Positions 17,964 to 28,029 of a DNA stretch of 64,000 bases are shown here, piece by piece (position 1 is the first letter of the stretch; every line of letters begins with the position of its first letter). The notes below the pieces were generated by a model. The model saw nothing but the letters and a program-made list of their open reading frames with translations, was not told the origin of the DNA and did not search any database. The stretch is from an uncultured Gemmatimonadales bacterium. GTDB taxonomy: Bacteria; Gemmatimonadota; Gemmatimonadetes; Gemmatimonadales; GWC2-71-9. The stretch is from NCBI GenBank assembly GCA_963795085.1, contig CAWCFX010000004.1, forward strand, positions 640,001 to 704,000, written 5' to 3'. The translations under genes and the position numbers were made by a program.

Positions 17964-19394
17964 ATGCTGTTCACCCTGGCATTCCGGCCGCTGCTGGTGC
18001 GGCGGGGACGATCGCTCTTCCTGCTCACCGGCTATGCGCTCGGCGTCGGTGTCATGATCGTGCTCCTGTCCGTGGGCGAGGCCATGCTGGACCAGTCGCG
18101 GGACGTGTCGCTGGTGGGCGGCGGCGAGGTGACCGTGCTTCCCGAGGGTATCGACATCGAGGCGTTGCGCACCGGCGGGCTGTCGGGGCTGTTCTTTACG
18201 GTGGACCGGGCCCGGTACGTAACCCGCCAGGCGCTGGGCGGGCCCCGTTATGCGGGCATGGTGGAAGCCGTCTCGCCCTCCCTCGAGCACAAGCTGATAT
18301 ACCTGGCGCACGGGCCGGATACCGTGGCGGTCCAGGCGGGCGCCGAGGTTCCCAGCCGCGCGGCTGCGGTGGGGGCGGGCCTCCGGGTCCTCCTGGGAGA
18401 ATGGGACGACACGCCCCGAGACTCGGCCTATATCGCGCCCACTGCGCAGCAGCTCTACGACGAGATCGACCGGTTCCACCTGCCCCAGACCGCCGACTCG
18501 AGTTGGGGGGAGTGGCACTACTTCAACGTCGTCACCGGTCCGGATGAGTGGTGGTATATCAGCTTCCTGGTGGGAGGCCTGGTCCCGGACGGCCGCTGGG
18601 GTGGCCAGGTGATTATCACCCACCGGCGGCCGGATGGCCGGTATGAGAAACTGGAGCAGGCGGTGCCCGCGGCGGCGGTCCGGTTCGATACCGCGGCGGC
18701 TGGCCTGGTCCTGGGGGCGAACCGGGTGGAGCAGCGCCAGGGGAAGTACACGGTGACCATCCGGCTCCCCTCGCAGCGGCTCAGCATGGACCTGCAGATT
18801 CGCCCGGCGCCTTTCCATTACTTCCCGCCCGTGCAGTTGCGGGAAGGGGAGTTTACCTCCGGGTACGCCGTCGCCGCCGTGCGAGGGACCGCGGAGGGAG
18901 AGATCTGCCTCGACCAGTGCCGGCCGGTGTCCAACGCGCCAGCCTATCACGATCACAACTGGGGCGTCTGGAGGGGCGTCTCCTGGGAGTGGGGCGCGGC
19001 GGCGGGTCCGCGTCTGAGTTTCCTGTACGGCCAGGTCCAGGCCCCCGACAGCGCTACCGCGCCGGAGCCCTTCTTCTTTGCGCTGCTGGATTCCATGGGC
19101 GTGCGGCAGGTGCTGACCTCGCGCTCCATTCGCTTCGAGGGAGACTTGCCGGTGGCGACCGGCGGACCGGCAACGGCACCGGGGCGATTCGAGTTCGTGG
19201 CGGGGCGGGGCGCGGACAGTGTGCGGGTGCGAGTCCAGGTGCGGGAGGCGGCGGGGACCCGGATGGCGTCAGCCGGATTCGAGCGCTATTTCCTGCAGAT
19301 GCGGGGAAGCTTTCTTCTGACCGGGGTGATCGGGGGAGAGCCGATCCGGGAGGAAGGGACAGGCTTCTTCGAAACCTGGCGGCGGCCGCCCTGA
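17964..19394 (+). CDS. Fusion of a MacB-like N-terminal TM/periplasmic segment with an AttH/CrtC-like domain
   Basis: N-terminus RRGRSLFLLTGYALGVGVMIVLLSVG looks like permease TM1. C-terminus carries WGEWHYFN, YHDHNWG and WEWG, typical of the CrtC/AttH/tocopherol-cyclase-like fold. Confidence 0.7.
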   Translation: MLFTLAFRPLLVRRGRSLFLLTGYALGVGVMIVLLSVGEAMLDQSRDVSLVGGGEVTVLPEGIDIEALRTGGLSGLFFTVDRARYVTRQALGGPRYAGMVEAVSPSLEHKLIYLAHGPDTVAVQAGAEVPSRAAAVGAGLRVLLGEWDDTPRDSAYIAPTAQQLYDEIDRFHLPQTADSSWGEWHYFNVVTGPDEWWYISFLVGGLVPDGRWGGQVIITHRRPDGRYEKLEQAVPAAAVRFDTAAAGLVLGANRVEQRQGKYTVTIRLPSQRLSMDLQIRPAPFHYFPPVQLREGEFTSGYAVAAVRGTAEGEICLDQCRPVSNAPAYHDHNWGVWRGVSWEWGAAAGPRLSFLYGQVQAPDSATAPEPFFFALLDSMGVRQVLTSRSIRFEGDLPVATGGPATAPGRFEFVAGRGADSVRVRVQVREAAGTRMASAGFERYFLQMRGSFLLTGVIGGEPIREEGTGFFETWRRPP

Positions 19395-19413
19395 CGGCCG
19401 GACCGCGGAACCG

Positions 19414-19932
19414 TCAGGCATCGGCAGCGCGAAGATCCCGGACCTGTTCGGTGTGGCGGTCGGTGTGGGTGGCCAGGAAAAGGATCCACTGGTGGCCGTC
19501 CAGCGCCTTGAGAGAGGGATGGGGGGCGCAGTAGTCCCGCAGGTTTCGCGTCTCTTTCGCGAGTAGTTCGATCGTGGCGCTCCTTGCCCGGCGGAACGCG
19601 TCCACCGCCTGGTCCGGACTGGGCCACCGTCCGGCGGGCTGGACCAGGTCAGGGGCCTTCCTCCGCGTCATCCGATCCCGCATGGCTGCGACGATGAGAT
19701 CATCCTTGCCGATGGTCTGGGCATGATGCTCGGGGGCGCAGGGCGCCACAAGGAGCCGGCGGGCCAGCAACTCGTTCACGCCGATCTCGACCGTGGCGAT
19801 GTGCTCGACCACCTCGAGCACCGACCAGCGGTCCGGCGCCGGCTTTGCGGTCCACGCCGGCGGGTCCAGGCCGTCCAGGGCCTCAAGAAACGCGGTCCGG
19901 CTGGTTTCGAGGTGCTTCATCAGGGCCTGCAT
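19414..19932 (-). CDS. DinB family protein
   Basis: WSVLEVVEHI and HTDRH metal motif. Confidence 0.88.
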   Translation of the reverse strand: MQALMKHLETSRTAFLEALDGLDPPAWTAKPAPDRWSVLEVVEHIATVEIGVNELLARRLLVAPCAPEHHAQTIGKDDLIVAAMRDRMTRRKAPDLVQPAGRWPSPDQAVDAFRRARSATIELLAKETRNLRDYCAPHPSLKALDGHQWILFLATHTDRHTEQVRDLRAADA

Positions 19933-20035
19933 GATTGGATCCGGATAGAGGAAGCTGAAAAATAGCCGCTTGGTTGCGCCCCGACCGAATTGCGCCGATC
20001 TTCCTTGGCGGAACGCATCCCTTTCCTACGGATCC

Positions 20036-22897
20036 ATGGCCACACCCGAGATGCTGCAGGAGGCCCTGAGGGACAAGTACAGGGTCGAGAAGGAAATTGG
20101 CGCGGGCGGCATGGCGACCGTCTACCGCGCGCTGGATCTCAAGCACCAGCGGGCGGTGGCGATCAAGGTGCTCAGGCCGGAGCTGGCCGCCTCGCTGGGC
20201 ACCGAGCGGTTCCTGCGAGAAATCGAACTGGCGGCCCGGCTGCAACACCCGCATATCCTTCCGCTGTACGATTCCGGTTCCGCGGCCGGGATTCTCTATT
20301 ACGTGATGCCCTTCGTCGAGGGCGAATCGCTGCGCGACCGGCTCCAGCGGGAGAAAACCATTCCCCTGGAAACTGCGGTCCAGCTGACCCGCGAGGTGGC
20401 CAGCGCCCTGGCGTACGCCCACAGTCACGGGGTCGTCCACCGGGACATCAAACCGGAAAACATCATGCTCTCCGGGGGCCATGCCGTGGTAGCCGATTTT
20501 GGTATCGCGCGCGCCCTGGACGCGGCATCCGGTGGCGAGCGGCTGACCGGCATGGGGCTGTCTATCGGCACCCCGGCATACATGAGCCCGGAACAGGCGA
20601 CCGCGAGCGACGAGGTCGGTCCCCCCAGCGACGTGTATTCGCTCGCCTGCGTTCTCTACGAAACCCTGACGGGCCAGCAGGCATTCTCGGGGCCCTCGGT
20701 GCAGTCGGTGATCACCAAGAGTATCTCCGGCCCCCGGCCGCACGTGCGCGCCGTGGACAAATCGGTGCCCCAGGCGATCGACGCGGTCATCGTCCAGGCC
20801 CTGGCCCAGGACCCGGCCGAGCGGTTCCCCGGTGCCACCGAGTTCTCCGACAACCTCGACGCGGCGCTGCGGGGCGAGTTCAGGGGAGCCAAACGGTGGA
20901 CGCCGATCCTGGCCGGCCTGGTCACCGCCCTACTCTTTATCGGGGCGTTTCTCGGGTATCGTGCCTGGTCCACCCGGAGCCCGGTGCGCAGCGGCGCGGA
21001 GCTGATCGCGGTGCTGCCCTTTACGACGGCGGGGAGCGGGGTGGAGTTGCTGGGCGAGGGCATGGTCGACCTGCTCTCCACCAATCTCAACGCGGTCGGC
21101 GGGATCGCCACGGTGGATCCGCGAAGCGTGCTTTCCCGCTGGAAGAAGCAGGGCAGCACCGACCGCAACGCGGCGCTGGCCATCGCCCGCGCCCTGGAGG
21201 CCGGCTCGTTTCTTACCGGCAGCGTGGTCGCCGCGGGGCATACCGTGCGGATCAACGCCGAGCTGACCTCGGTAAACGGCGAGTCGCTGGCCAAGGCGCA
21301 GATCGACGGAACATCCGACAACCTGATCGGGCTGGTGGACAGCCTCAGCCTGGCCCTGCTCCGGGATATCTGGCGGTCGAACAAGCCGCTTCCCTCGCTG
21401 CACGTCGCCGCGATCACCACCAGCTCGGTGGACGCGATCCGCGCCTTCCTCTCCGGCGAGAAGGCCTATCGCGAAGCCCGCTGGGACAGCGCGACCGCGT
21501 TCTTCTCCCGTGCGGTAGAGCTGGACTCGACCTTCGCGCTGGCCAACTTCCGCCTCGCTCTCTCCTATGGATGGAACGGCGGCTGGCAAAGCGAGCGCTC
21601 CCGGAAGGCGACGGAGGCCGCCGTCCGCTTCGTGAACCGGTTGCCCGAGCGGGACCGGGCGCTGCTCACCGGGTACCGGCTGTTCACGCAGGCCAACCTC
21701 GCCGCGGTGGACAGCATGCGCCGATACCTCGCCCGGTATCCCGGCGATCCGGATGGCTGGTTCATCCTCGCCGACGCCCAGTACCACATGAATGCACTGG
21801 TGGGATTGTCGCCGGCTCAGCTCCGGGCACCGTTCGATTCGGTGCTGCGGCTGGATCCGACGCTGGTGCCCGCTTACTTCCACCCGGTCGAATCGGCGCT
21901 GATGCGGCGGGACAGCGCCCTGTTTACGGCCTATGTGGCTACCATCGATTCGGTGCTCGGCAAGGAAACGGCGGGGCAGTTCCGGCTGGCCGGACGGGCC
22001 GTCTGGGGGCCGGGACGCGACTCGGCCTACGCCGAGTTGACTACGGCGCAGGTTGGGCTGGCCGGTTCCGCTCTCATGTCGGAATATTACAGCCCCACCC
22101 CGGACCTCGGCGTGGTGAACCGGGAGATCACCCGGCAGTTCAGCCGCGGCATGGGCGGACCCCAGGCGGAAGCCCAGCTACTGATCAGCCGGGTGTCGGT
22201 CTACGTCGGGTTGGGACAATTGGGTAAGGCCCGGCAGCTCACCGACTCGTTGATGACGGTCAGCCGCGACTTCGGGTACTCGGCAATGCTGCAGCCGGTC
22301 TATGCCGGGCTAATTCCTGCCGATTCGGTTCGCCAGATAATTGCGGCGGTAGAGCAGGCCCCGCTCACCTATCCCCAGGTCGCGATGACCCGGGCGACGA
22401 TCGCGCTCAGCCAGAACGACGCGGCGGCGGCCAAACGGGTGCTGGATGAGGCCCTCAAGCAGACCGGGGAGATGTACAACGAGGAGTTCCGCGCCGTGCT
22501 CCGCGCATACCGGGGGTGGGCGGAGGTCGTGGCGGGCGATACGGTGGCGGGGATTCGCACCATCGAAACAGAGCTGGGGCGGTCCGGCAACATCGGCATC
22601 AGCTGGGCGACTTCGAACCTGCGGTTTCACTACGCCGGCATCCTGGCCTCCCGTCCCTCCACGCGGGACCAGGGCCTCCGGCTCCTGCAACATACCTTCA
22701 GCAGCGGCCCCGATATCATGTACCTGCCGCTGACTTTCCTGGTGGCGGGCCGTGCCCTGGAAGATGCCGGACGGCGGGCTGAGGCGGCCGAGGCATACGG
22801 CCAGTTCATCCGGCTGTGGAAGGACGCCGACGCTTCGCAACAGGGGCGAGTCCGGGAAGCGCGCGAGGGACTGCAGCGGGTGAGCGGGGAGAAGTGA
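20036..22897 (+). CDS. Hanks-type Ser/Thr protein kinase with TM, TolB-N-like and TPR regions
   Basis: GAGGMA, VAIKVL, HRDIKPEN, DFG, GTPAYMSPE, a TM segment, IAVLPF, helical repeats. Confidence 0.92.
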   Translation: MATPEMLQEALRDKYRVEKEIGAGGMATVYRALDLKHQRAVAIKVLRPELAASLGTERFLREIELAARLQHPHILPLYDSGSAAGILYYVMPFVEGESLRDRLQREKTIPLETAVQLTREVASALAYAHSHGVVHRDIKPENIMLSGGHAVVADFGIARALDAASGGERLTGMGLSIGTPAYMSPEQATASDEVGPPSDVYSLACVLYETLTGQQAFSGPSVQSVITKSISGPRPHVRAVDKSVPQAIDAVIVQALAQDPAERFPGATEFSDNLDAALRGEFRGAKRWTPILAGLVTALLFIGAFLGYRAWSTRSPVRSGAELIAVLPFTTAGSGVELLGEGMVDLLSTNLNAVGGIATVDPRSVLSRWKKQGSTDRNAALAIARALEAGSFLTGSVVAAGHTVRINAELTSVNGESLAKAQIDGTSDNLIGLVDSLSLALLRDIWRSNKPLPSLHVAAITTSSVDAIRAFLSGEKAYREARWDSATAFFSRAVELDSTFALANFRLALSYGWNGGWQSERSRKATEAAVRFVNRLPERDRALLTGYRLFTQANLAAVDSMRRYLARYPGDPDGWFILADAQYHMNALVGLSPAQLRAPFDSVLRLDPTLVPAYFHPVESALMRRDSALFTAYVATIDSVLGKETAGQFRLAGRAVWGPGRDSAYAELTTAQVGLAGSALMSEYYSPTPDLGVVNREITRQFSRGMGGPQAEAQLLISRVSVYVGLGQLGKARQLTDSLMTVSRDFGYSAMLQPVYAGLIPADSVRQIIAAVEQAPLTYPQVAMTRATIALSQNDAAAAKRVLDEALKQTGEMYNEEFRAVLRAYRGWAEVVAGDTVAGIRTIETELGRSGNIGISWATSNLRFHYAGILASRPSTRDQGLRLLQHTFSSGPDIMYLPLTFLVAGRALEDAGRRAEAAEAYGQFIRLWKDADASQQGRVREAREGLQRVSGEK

Positions 22898-22980
22898 GAA
22901 GTGCGAGAGGTGAGAAGTGAGAGGCCATCCTTTCATCACCTCGCCCCTCGCACCTCTTAATTCTTACTTCTCACCACTTA
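22889..22980. repeat. GAGAAGT heptamer tandem array followed by an inverted degenerate copy
   Basis: gagaagt-gagaagt-gcgagaggt-gagaagt-gagagg ... cttacttctcac. Confidence 0.6.
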
Positions 22981-23893
22981 TTTCGTCCCTTCCCGCCTCA
23001 GTGCCGTAGGCCAGCGCCGGAACCGTCGCCAGGTACCGGCGCACCGCGCGGAGTTCACTATCCGTCATCCGACCGTAGGCTTTCCACGGCATGAATGAAT
23101 CGATCGCCGTGCCGTTGGGCCGCTTTCCCCCGCGAAACGCACGAAGAAAATCCGTATCGGTCCAGTCACCGATTCCTGCCGGGGTGATATTGGTTGCCGG
23201 CGGATCATCCGGGCCTCCCGCGAGTTTCCCCCCGTTGAGATTCTCGCCGTGACAGGCCTGGCAGCCGCTGGTGGCGACGATGTAGCCGCCGTACTCCACG
23301 GTTTCTCCCTCCGGCGGGGCGGTGGGGATCGGTGCCTCGTGATTGACCAGTCGTGCCACGGCCAGCGCCGTGGGGCTGGTGGCGATGATCATCCGGCCAA
23401 TGGGGCCCAGTTCGGTTCGCGGCAGGGAGCGGCTCACCGGCGGGAGGGTCTTGAGATAGGCGATGATCGCGGCCAGATCGCCGGCTCCCAGGCGGGCAAA
23501 TACCTCGGAGGGCATGAAGAGCAGGGAAGTTCCGTCGGGCCGAAGCCCATGCCGGATGCCCCGGACCCAGTCCGCATTGGTATAGCGGGCGCCGATCCCG
23601 CCGGGCGTGAGATTGCTTCCCACGAAACGTCCGAAGGGCATGCCGTCAACCGCCACCTTGCCGCCCAGGTCCTCGCCGTGGCAGGTCACGCAGATCTGCC
23701 GCGCCGTTACCAGGTGCCGGCCCCGCTCTACCGAAGCCGAGTCAGTGGGGATTGTGAGGGCAGCGGGGGAAACATCCCAGGTCTGCCTCAGATTTCGGCC
23801 GCTCCAGACGTAGAGCCCGGCACCGGTGAGAAGGATCAGCAGGACAATCACGCCGAGCACGATTCCGAGTCTGCGAACCAGTCTTCCAGCCAT
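22964..23893 (-). CDS. Membrane-anchored diheme c-type cytochrome
   Basis: N-terminal TM; CVTCH and CQACH; NLTP/NITP and MP motifs. Confidence 0.9.
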   Translation of the reverse strand: MAGRLVRRLGIVLGVIVLLILLTGAGLYVWSGRNLRQTWDVSPAALTIPTDSASVERGRHLVTARQICVTCHGEDLGGKVAVDGMPFGRFVGSNLTPGGIGARYTNADWVRGIRHGLRPDGTSLLFMPSEVFARLGAGDLAAIIAYLKTLPPVSRSLPRTELGPIGRMIIATSPTALAVARLVNHEAPIPTAPPEGETVEYGGYIVATSGCQACHGENLNGGKLAGGPDDPPATNITPAGIGDWTDTDFLRAFRGGKRPNGTAIDSFMPWKAYGRMTDSELRAVRRYLATVPALAYGTEAGRDEISGEK

Positions 23894-23985
23894 GAGGGAT
23901 TCTCCAGAGTGGGAGCCATTTCCAGGAACCACATCGGCCTGAACATCCTCTCCCTTCTCACCTCTCACTTCTCCCTTCGTACTCT

Positions 23986-25344
23986 TCAGATTCCAACCCT
24001 TACCACGACCCCTGCCGTCCGGTATTCGAACGCCCCGGTGGTCGAGCTTTCGGCGCTGTTACTGATTCCCGCGAATACCTCGACCACGTTGTCGCTCCCC
24101 CAGTGCCGCCCGATCCGGCCTTCCAGGTGCCATTCGCCCTGGAAGTCCGACCCGGTGCCGATTTGCTGCACGCCGAGGCCTCCGCTGATCCGGCCGGTCC
24201 AGGGGAGGGTACTCCTGGTGTAGCCGCCCCGGGCCTCGTACACGGTAAACCGATCCGGGGAGAAGTATCCCACGCCCTTGAAATCATAGCCAAGCGCGCG
24301 GGCCATGATGCCGACGAAGAAGTCCCGGCGCAAGGTCTGGGTCAGGGTGAGGATCCCGGCGGTCCGGGAGTTGTCATCGCTCAGGGCGGTGAACGACGCC
24401 CCGGCGCCCAGCACCAGGCCCGGACGAAGCACGCCATCGCCGCTGGCTTCGATCACGTCCAGGTCCAGGTTACGCCCGATGAGCAGCGCGGTTTCGTCGA
24501 ACGGGTAATGCGCGTATCCCAGCCCAATGCCGGCCCTGCCCAGCCGGTAGGCTGCCGCCAGCCGGACGGTGCCCGCGGTACGGGCCGCACCGGTGTCAGG
24601 AGAGAGGCGGCGGGCACCCAGCGCGCCGGTGAGGCGGAGATCTCCCAACCCGTAGATGACACCCGCCTCGGCGCCCACTCTGCTCGCATCCCGAACCGGG
24701 TCGCTGGCCTGGAGGGCGCCGACGGACCCGGTAAGAACAACGCCGTCCACGAGCATGTAGGAAGCGCCGAGGCTCTGCCACCAGGTGGTGTTGTTGTCGG
24801 AATCGTTGCTCCACCCCAGGGTCAGCTCGGGCTGGGGGCGGAGCGCGCGGCGGACCGACCGATCCAGTTCCTGCGCCGCCCGGTTTCCGGGATCCGCTGC
24901 CAGCGCCCGGCTGGAGTACACCCCGGCCCGGGAGGGGCGCCCCTGCCAGAGATGGACCTGGCCCAGGCCGGCCAGCGCGTCCGGGTGGTCAGGATGGCGG
25001 GCCAGAACGCTGTCGTAGAGTGCGATCGCCTGGCCGCTCCTGCCCGCCCAACTGAGAACCCTGGCCTCCGTGGCCTGAATGTCCGGGTCCGCCGGGTCCC
25101 CGGAGCGCGCCCGGCGGATCAGGATCAGGGCGGAATCGAGGCGGCCGTCCCACGACGCCAGGATTCCCAGGCGGTAGTTGGCGCGGACGGAACCGGGATC
25201 GCTCGCCAGGGCGAGCTCATAGTTGATGCGGGCGAGATGATAATCACCGGCGGCCCAGGCAGAGTCGGCGGCCGCCTGCTGGGCCCGGAGCGGACCCGCG
25301 AGTAGCAGGACAGCAGTGGCCATGGCCAGGCTTCGCGGTCTCAC
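23986..25344 (-). CDS. TPR-repeat plus outer-membrane beta-barrel protein (YaiO/PgaA-like architecture)
   Basis: Signal peptide, TPRs (ARVLSWAG, LGQVHLWQG), beta-strand C-terminus with GYFSP. GTG start overlaps the upstream TGA. Confidence 0.75.
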   Translation of the reverse strand: MRPRSLAMATAVLLLAGPLRAQQAAADSAWAAGDYHLARINYELALASDPGSVRANYRLGILASWDGRLDSALILIRRARSGDPADPDIQATEARVLSWAGRSGQAIALYDSVLARHPDHPDALAGLGQVHLWQGRPSRAGVYSSRALAADPGNRAAQELDRSVRRALRPQPELTLGWSNDSDNNTTWWQSLGASYMLVDGVVLTGSVGALQASDPVRDASRVGAEAGVIYGLGDLRLTGALGARRLSPDTGAARTAGTVRLAAAYRLGRAGIGLGYAHYPFDETALLIGRNLDLDVIEASGDGVLRPGLVLGAGASFTALSDDNSRTAGILTLTQTLRRDFFVGIMARALGYDFKGVGYFSPDRFTVYEARGGYTRSTLPWTGRISGGLGVQQIGTGSDFQGEWHLEGRIGRHWGSDNVVEVFAGISNSAESSTTGAFEYRTAGVVVRVGI

Positions 25345-27989
25345 GGCATGCTCCCCCAGGTGGCGCGCATGGCGCGATAGGCTGGCTTGGCCCGGGTGTG
25401 CCACCGGGGAGTCTCCCACCCATTCCAGAGCCAGGCCACGAACGACTCGGCCTGCCATCGCCCGCTGGCTTCGAGGCGGGGCAGGCCGCCAACGGAGGTC
25501 CGGGGGGATCCGTCGCGATAGGTGACCAGGCCAACGCGAATGCCGCGGGCCGTCTCGGTGCCGAACCCGCCGCCCGCCGAGGTTTCGTAGAGAATGGTAT
25601 GGGTCGAGGGATCAGTCACGTTGAGGAGGCCCCATGCGATGCGGATCTGCAGCAATCCCGACCGTGGATCATAATACCAATCGGAAAGTGAAGAAGCCGA
25701 ATCGGTTCCGAATCGGAGGCGGCCGCGGTTGACGCCTTTCGCGGGATAGAAGGTCCCATCCCGTCCGTAGCGGGCCCGGTTGATACCCACGTACATGGAA
25801 TCGAATATCCCGTCGTGGCGGTCCCGGACCGTGGCCGGACGCTGGTAGAAGCGACCGATGTCGTCACGGCTCGAATCGGGTGCTCCGCCATAGGGATTGT
25901 ATTCCGGCAGCACGCGGATCTCGGCGTCTCCGGGACCCCGGAGGTCCACCAGGAACTCGAACCCGACATCACCGGAAGCCATGCCGTCAGGCAGGACGTG
26001 CTGTCCCCTCGAGGGCAACCAGGTGTCCAGCGCGACCATGACCCCTTGGGTATTCCAGGGAAACGGTCCCCGGGCGAACCGGGCCGCGAGGTAGAGGTAG
26101 CTCGCGTCCGCGCCGAGATGGAGGGCGTGGGGGACCGAGGGGGCGGCTGACGGCTCTTCGTACACGGTCTGGCCCGCCAGCCAGGGGCGGGCATCTCCCC
26201 CCAGTCTTGGCGTGGCGGCGGCTTCTCCGGCGTACACTCCGATCACCCCGTAGTTCTGCTCCGCATCCATCACGTTGTGCCAGAGGCGGTTGTTCTCGGT
26301 CGGGATTTCGAGGTCGGTCACCACCCAGTTCCGCTTGAACCATTCATCGATCCAGGCGAACAGGACGCCGCCCGCGGCCCCGCTTTCTTTTATTTCCCGG
26401 GTGAGCCGGGCGTCGATACGTGCCATGGCCCGCTCGTCGTGGCCGCCATGGTGCCAGCCCTGGGGCTGCAGGTGGGCATTGCCCCGGCTGGACGGGACGC
26501 CATACTCGGCAATGACCACCGGGATGCTCCCATGGTGGCGGACCAGTGCCTTGAGATACCCGAAGTAATTTGACCGGCCCTCGCTGGATCGGGCCAGGTT
26601 ATAGCCCGGGTCGTGGAGCAGGAAATCAGGATAGTACGGATAGGCATGGAAACTGGCGAACCACCCCGCCGGGTTGGCGGCCGTCGGACGGACCAGGGCG
26701 GCGTCGAGCCCGATCACGTCGTTCTCGTATTCGTTGATGAGATGCGCCGGTTTGCCGAGCCGGGCGCGAATCGCGGACTCCTCGCCGGTGGTGGCTTCGG
26801 TTGGATGGGTGAGGGGGTCGAGGGTGGGCCAGTTGGTGTAGGCGATGGGCCGGATCGTGTTGTACCGGTCCACCTCGTACGACAGCATGTGATCGGAGAT
26901 TTCCGCCATCCACCGGTCGGCGGCAGGAGCGGAATCGGCGCGGAGGAAGCGGCCAGCATAAGGGGCGAGGCCCGGGTTGGCCTGGTCGAAGGCCTTCACC
27001 GCGTACGGTTCCCACTCCCGCCCGACAATGTAGGCCAGCACCCAGCGGGAAACATCGGTGTCGTAGCGGCCGGCGGCATGGCCGGGGCGGGGCGGAATGT
27101 CCGCCGCGCCGTGGAGCAGGTCCACCACCCGCTCCATTTCCCGCTCAAACTCCCGTCTCCAGGGAGGATGGTTGAAATCGTCGTCGGGCGGCAGTTCCGT
27201 CCACACGCCGTGGATTACCCACAGCGGGCGCGATGGATGGGCCCGGTTCCAGGCGCCCAGCGCCCGGTAGAAATCGGGAGGATGAATCGTGTACACCCGC
27301 ACCACGTTGGCGTTCATCCCGGCCATCTGCTCGATCCAGCGGGCATAGGTGACCGAGTCTGGCGGGAATTGAGAGGGGAACTTGCCGGGCAGCGCGGCGC
27401 CCAGGTTGATACCCTTGATATAGAAAGGCCGCCAACCGCCGCGGACCGGAATCTCGAAGCGGGCACCGCGGGTTCGCGCCACCACCTGGAGGGTCTGCGG
27501 CCGTTCCCGGGGGATGGTGGCCGGGCGATCCCAGTCCGGAACGACCCGGTCGAGGAGCGCTCTTGCCGCGCTGTCGCTGGGATCGAGCGCGATCGCCCGG
27601 CGGGCCGCCGTCACGGCGGCCGCAGTGTCACCCCGTCGGTTGGCGGCCAGGGCCAGGCCGCTCCAGGCGTCGCCGTTGCCGGGGTCTCGCCCAGTGACCA
27701 GGCGGAAGAGGGAGTCGGCCCTCTCCACGCGGTCGCTCCGGAGCGCGGCATATCCGAGGCCGACCTTGGCGTCCAGGTTCCCCGCACACCGCTGGTCGGC
27801 CCGGGTAAACCGGCGATCGGCTTCGGCGATCGAATCGGCCCGGTAGGCGGCCCAGCCAGCCTCGACCTCCCGCGCGGACTCCAGGGGGCAGGCGTCCTGG
27901 GCACCTGCCGCCGGCGGGCCGAGGAGGCCGGACAGCAGGAAGAGCCAGATCCGCCCGCGCAACCGGTTCTGATATAAGTTGATAGGCAT
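25341..27989 (-). CDS. Secreted TPR protein with putative TIM-barrel glycoside hydrolase domain
   Basis: Signal peptide, TPRs, KGINLG, NANVVRVYT, GREW, HAYPYYP, IAEYG, FAWIDEWFK, EQNYG (clan GH-A-like pattern). Confidence 0.75.
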   Translation of the reverse strand: MPINLYQNRLRGRIWLFLLSGLLGPPAAGAQDACPLESAREVEAGWAAYRADSIAEADRRFTRADQRCAGNLDAKVGLGYAALRSDRVERADSLFRLVTGRDPGNGDAWSGLALAANRRGDTAAAVTAARRAIALDPSDSAARALLDRVVPDWDRPATIPRERPQTLQVVARTRGARFEIPVRGGWRPFYIKGINLGAALPGKFPSQFPPDSVTYARWIEQMAGMNANVVRVYTIHPPDFYRALGAWNRAHPSRPLWVIHGVWTELPPDDDFNHPPWRREFEREMERVVDLLHGAADIPPRPGHAAGRYDTDVSRWVLAYIVGREWEPYAVKAFDQANPGLAPYAGRFLRADSAPAADRWMAEISDHMLSYEVDRYNTIRPIAYTNWPTLDPLTHPTEATTGEESAIRARLGKPAHLINEYENDVIGLDAALVRPTAANPAGWFASFHAYPYYPDFLLHDPGYNLARSSEGRSNYFGYLKALVRHHGSIPVVIAEYGVPSSRGNAHLQPQGWHHGGHDERAMARIDARLTREIKESGAAGGVLFAWIDEWFKRNWVVTDLEIPTENNRLWHNVMDAEQNYGVIGVYAGEAAATPRLGGDARPWLAGQTVYEEPSAAPSVPHALHLGADASYLYLAARFARGPFPWNTQGVMVALDTWLPSRGQHVLPDGMASGDVGFEFLVDLRGPGDAEIRVLPEYNPYGGAPDSSRDDIGRFYQRPATVRDRHDGIFDSMYVGINRARYGRDGTFYPAKGVNRGRLRFGTDSASSLSDWYYDPRSGLLQIRIAWGLLNVTDPSTHTILYETSAGGGFGTETARGIRVGLVTYRDGSPRTSVGGLPRLEASGRWQAESFVAWLWNGWETPRWHTRAKPAYRAMRATWGSMP

Positions 27990-28029
27990 CCCGCAGGAAA
28001 CGTAAACTGGCGAGGAGCGGAGGAGCAGC

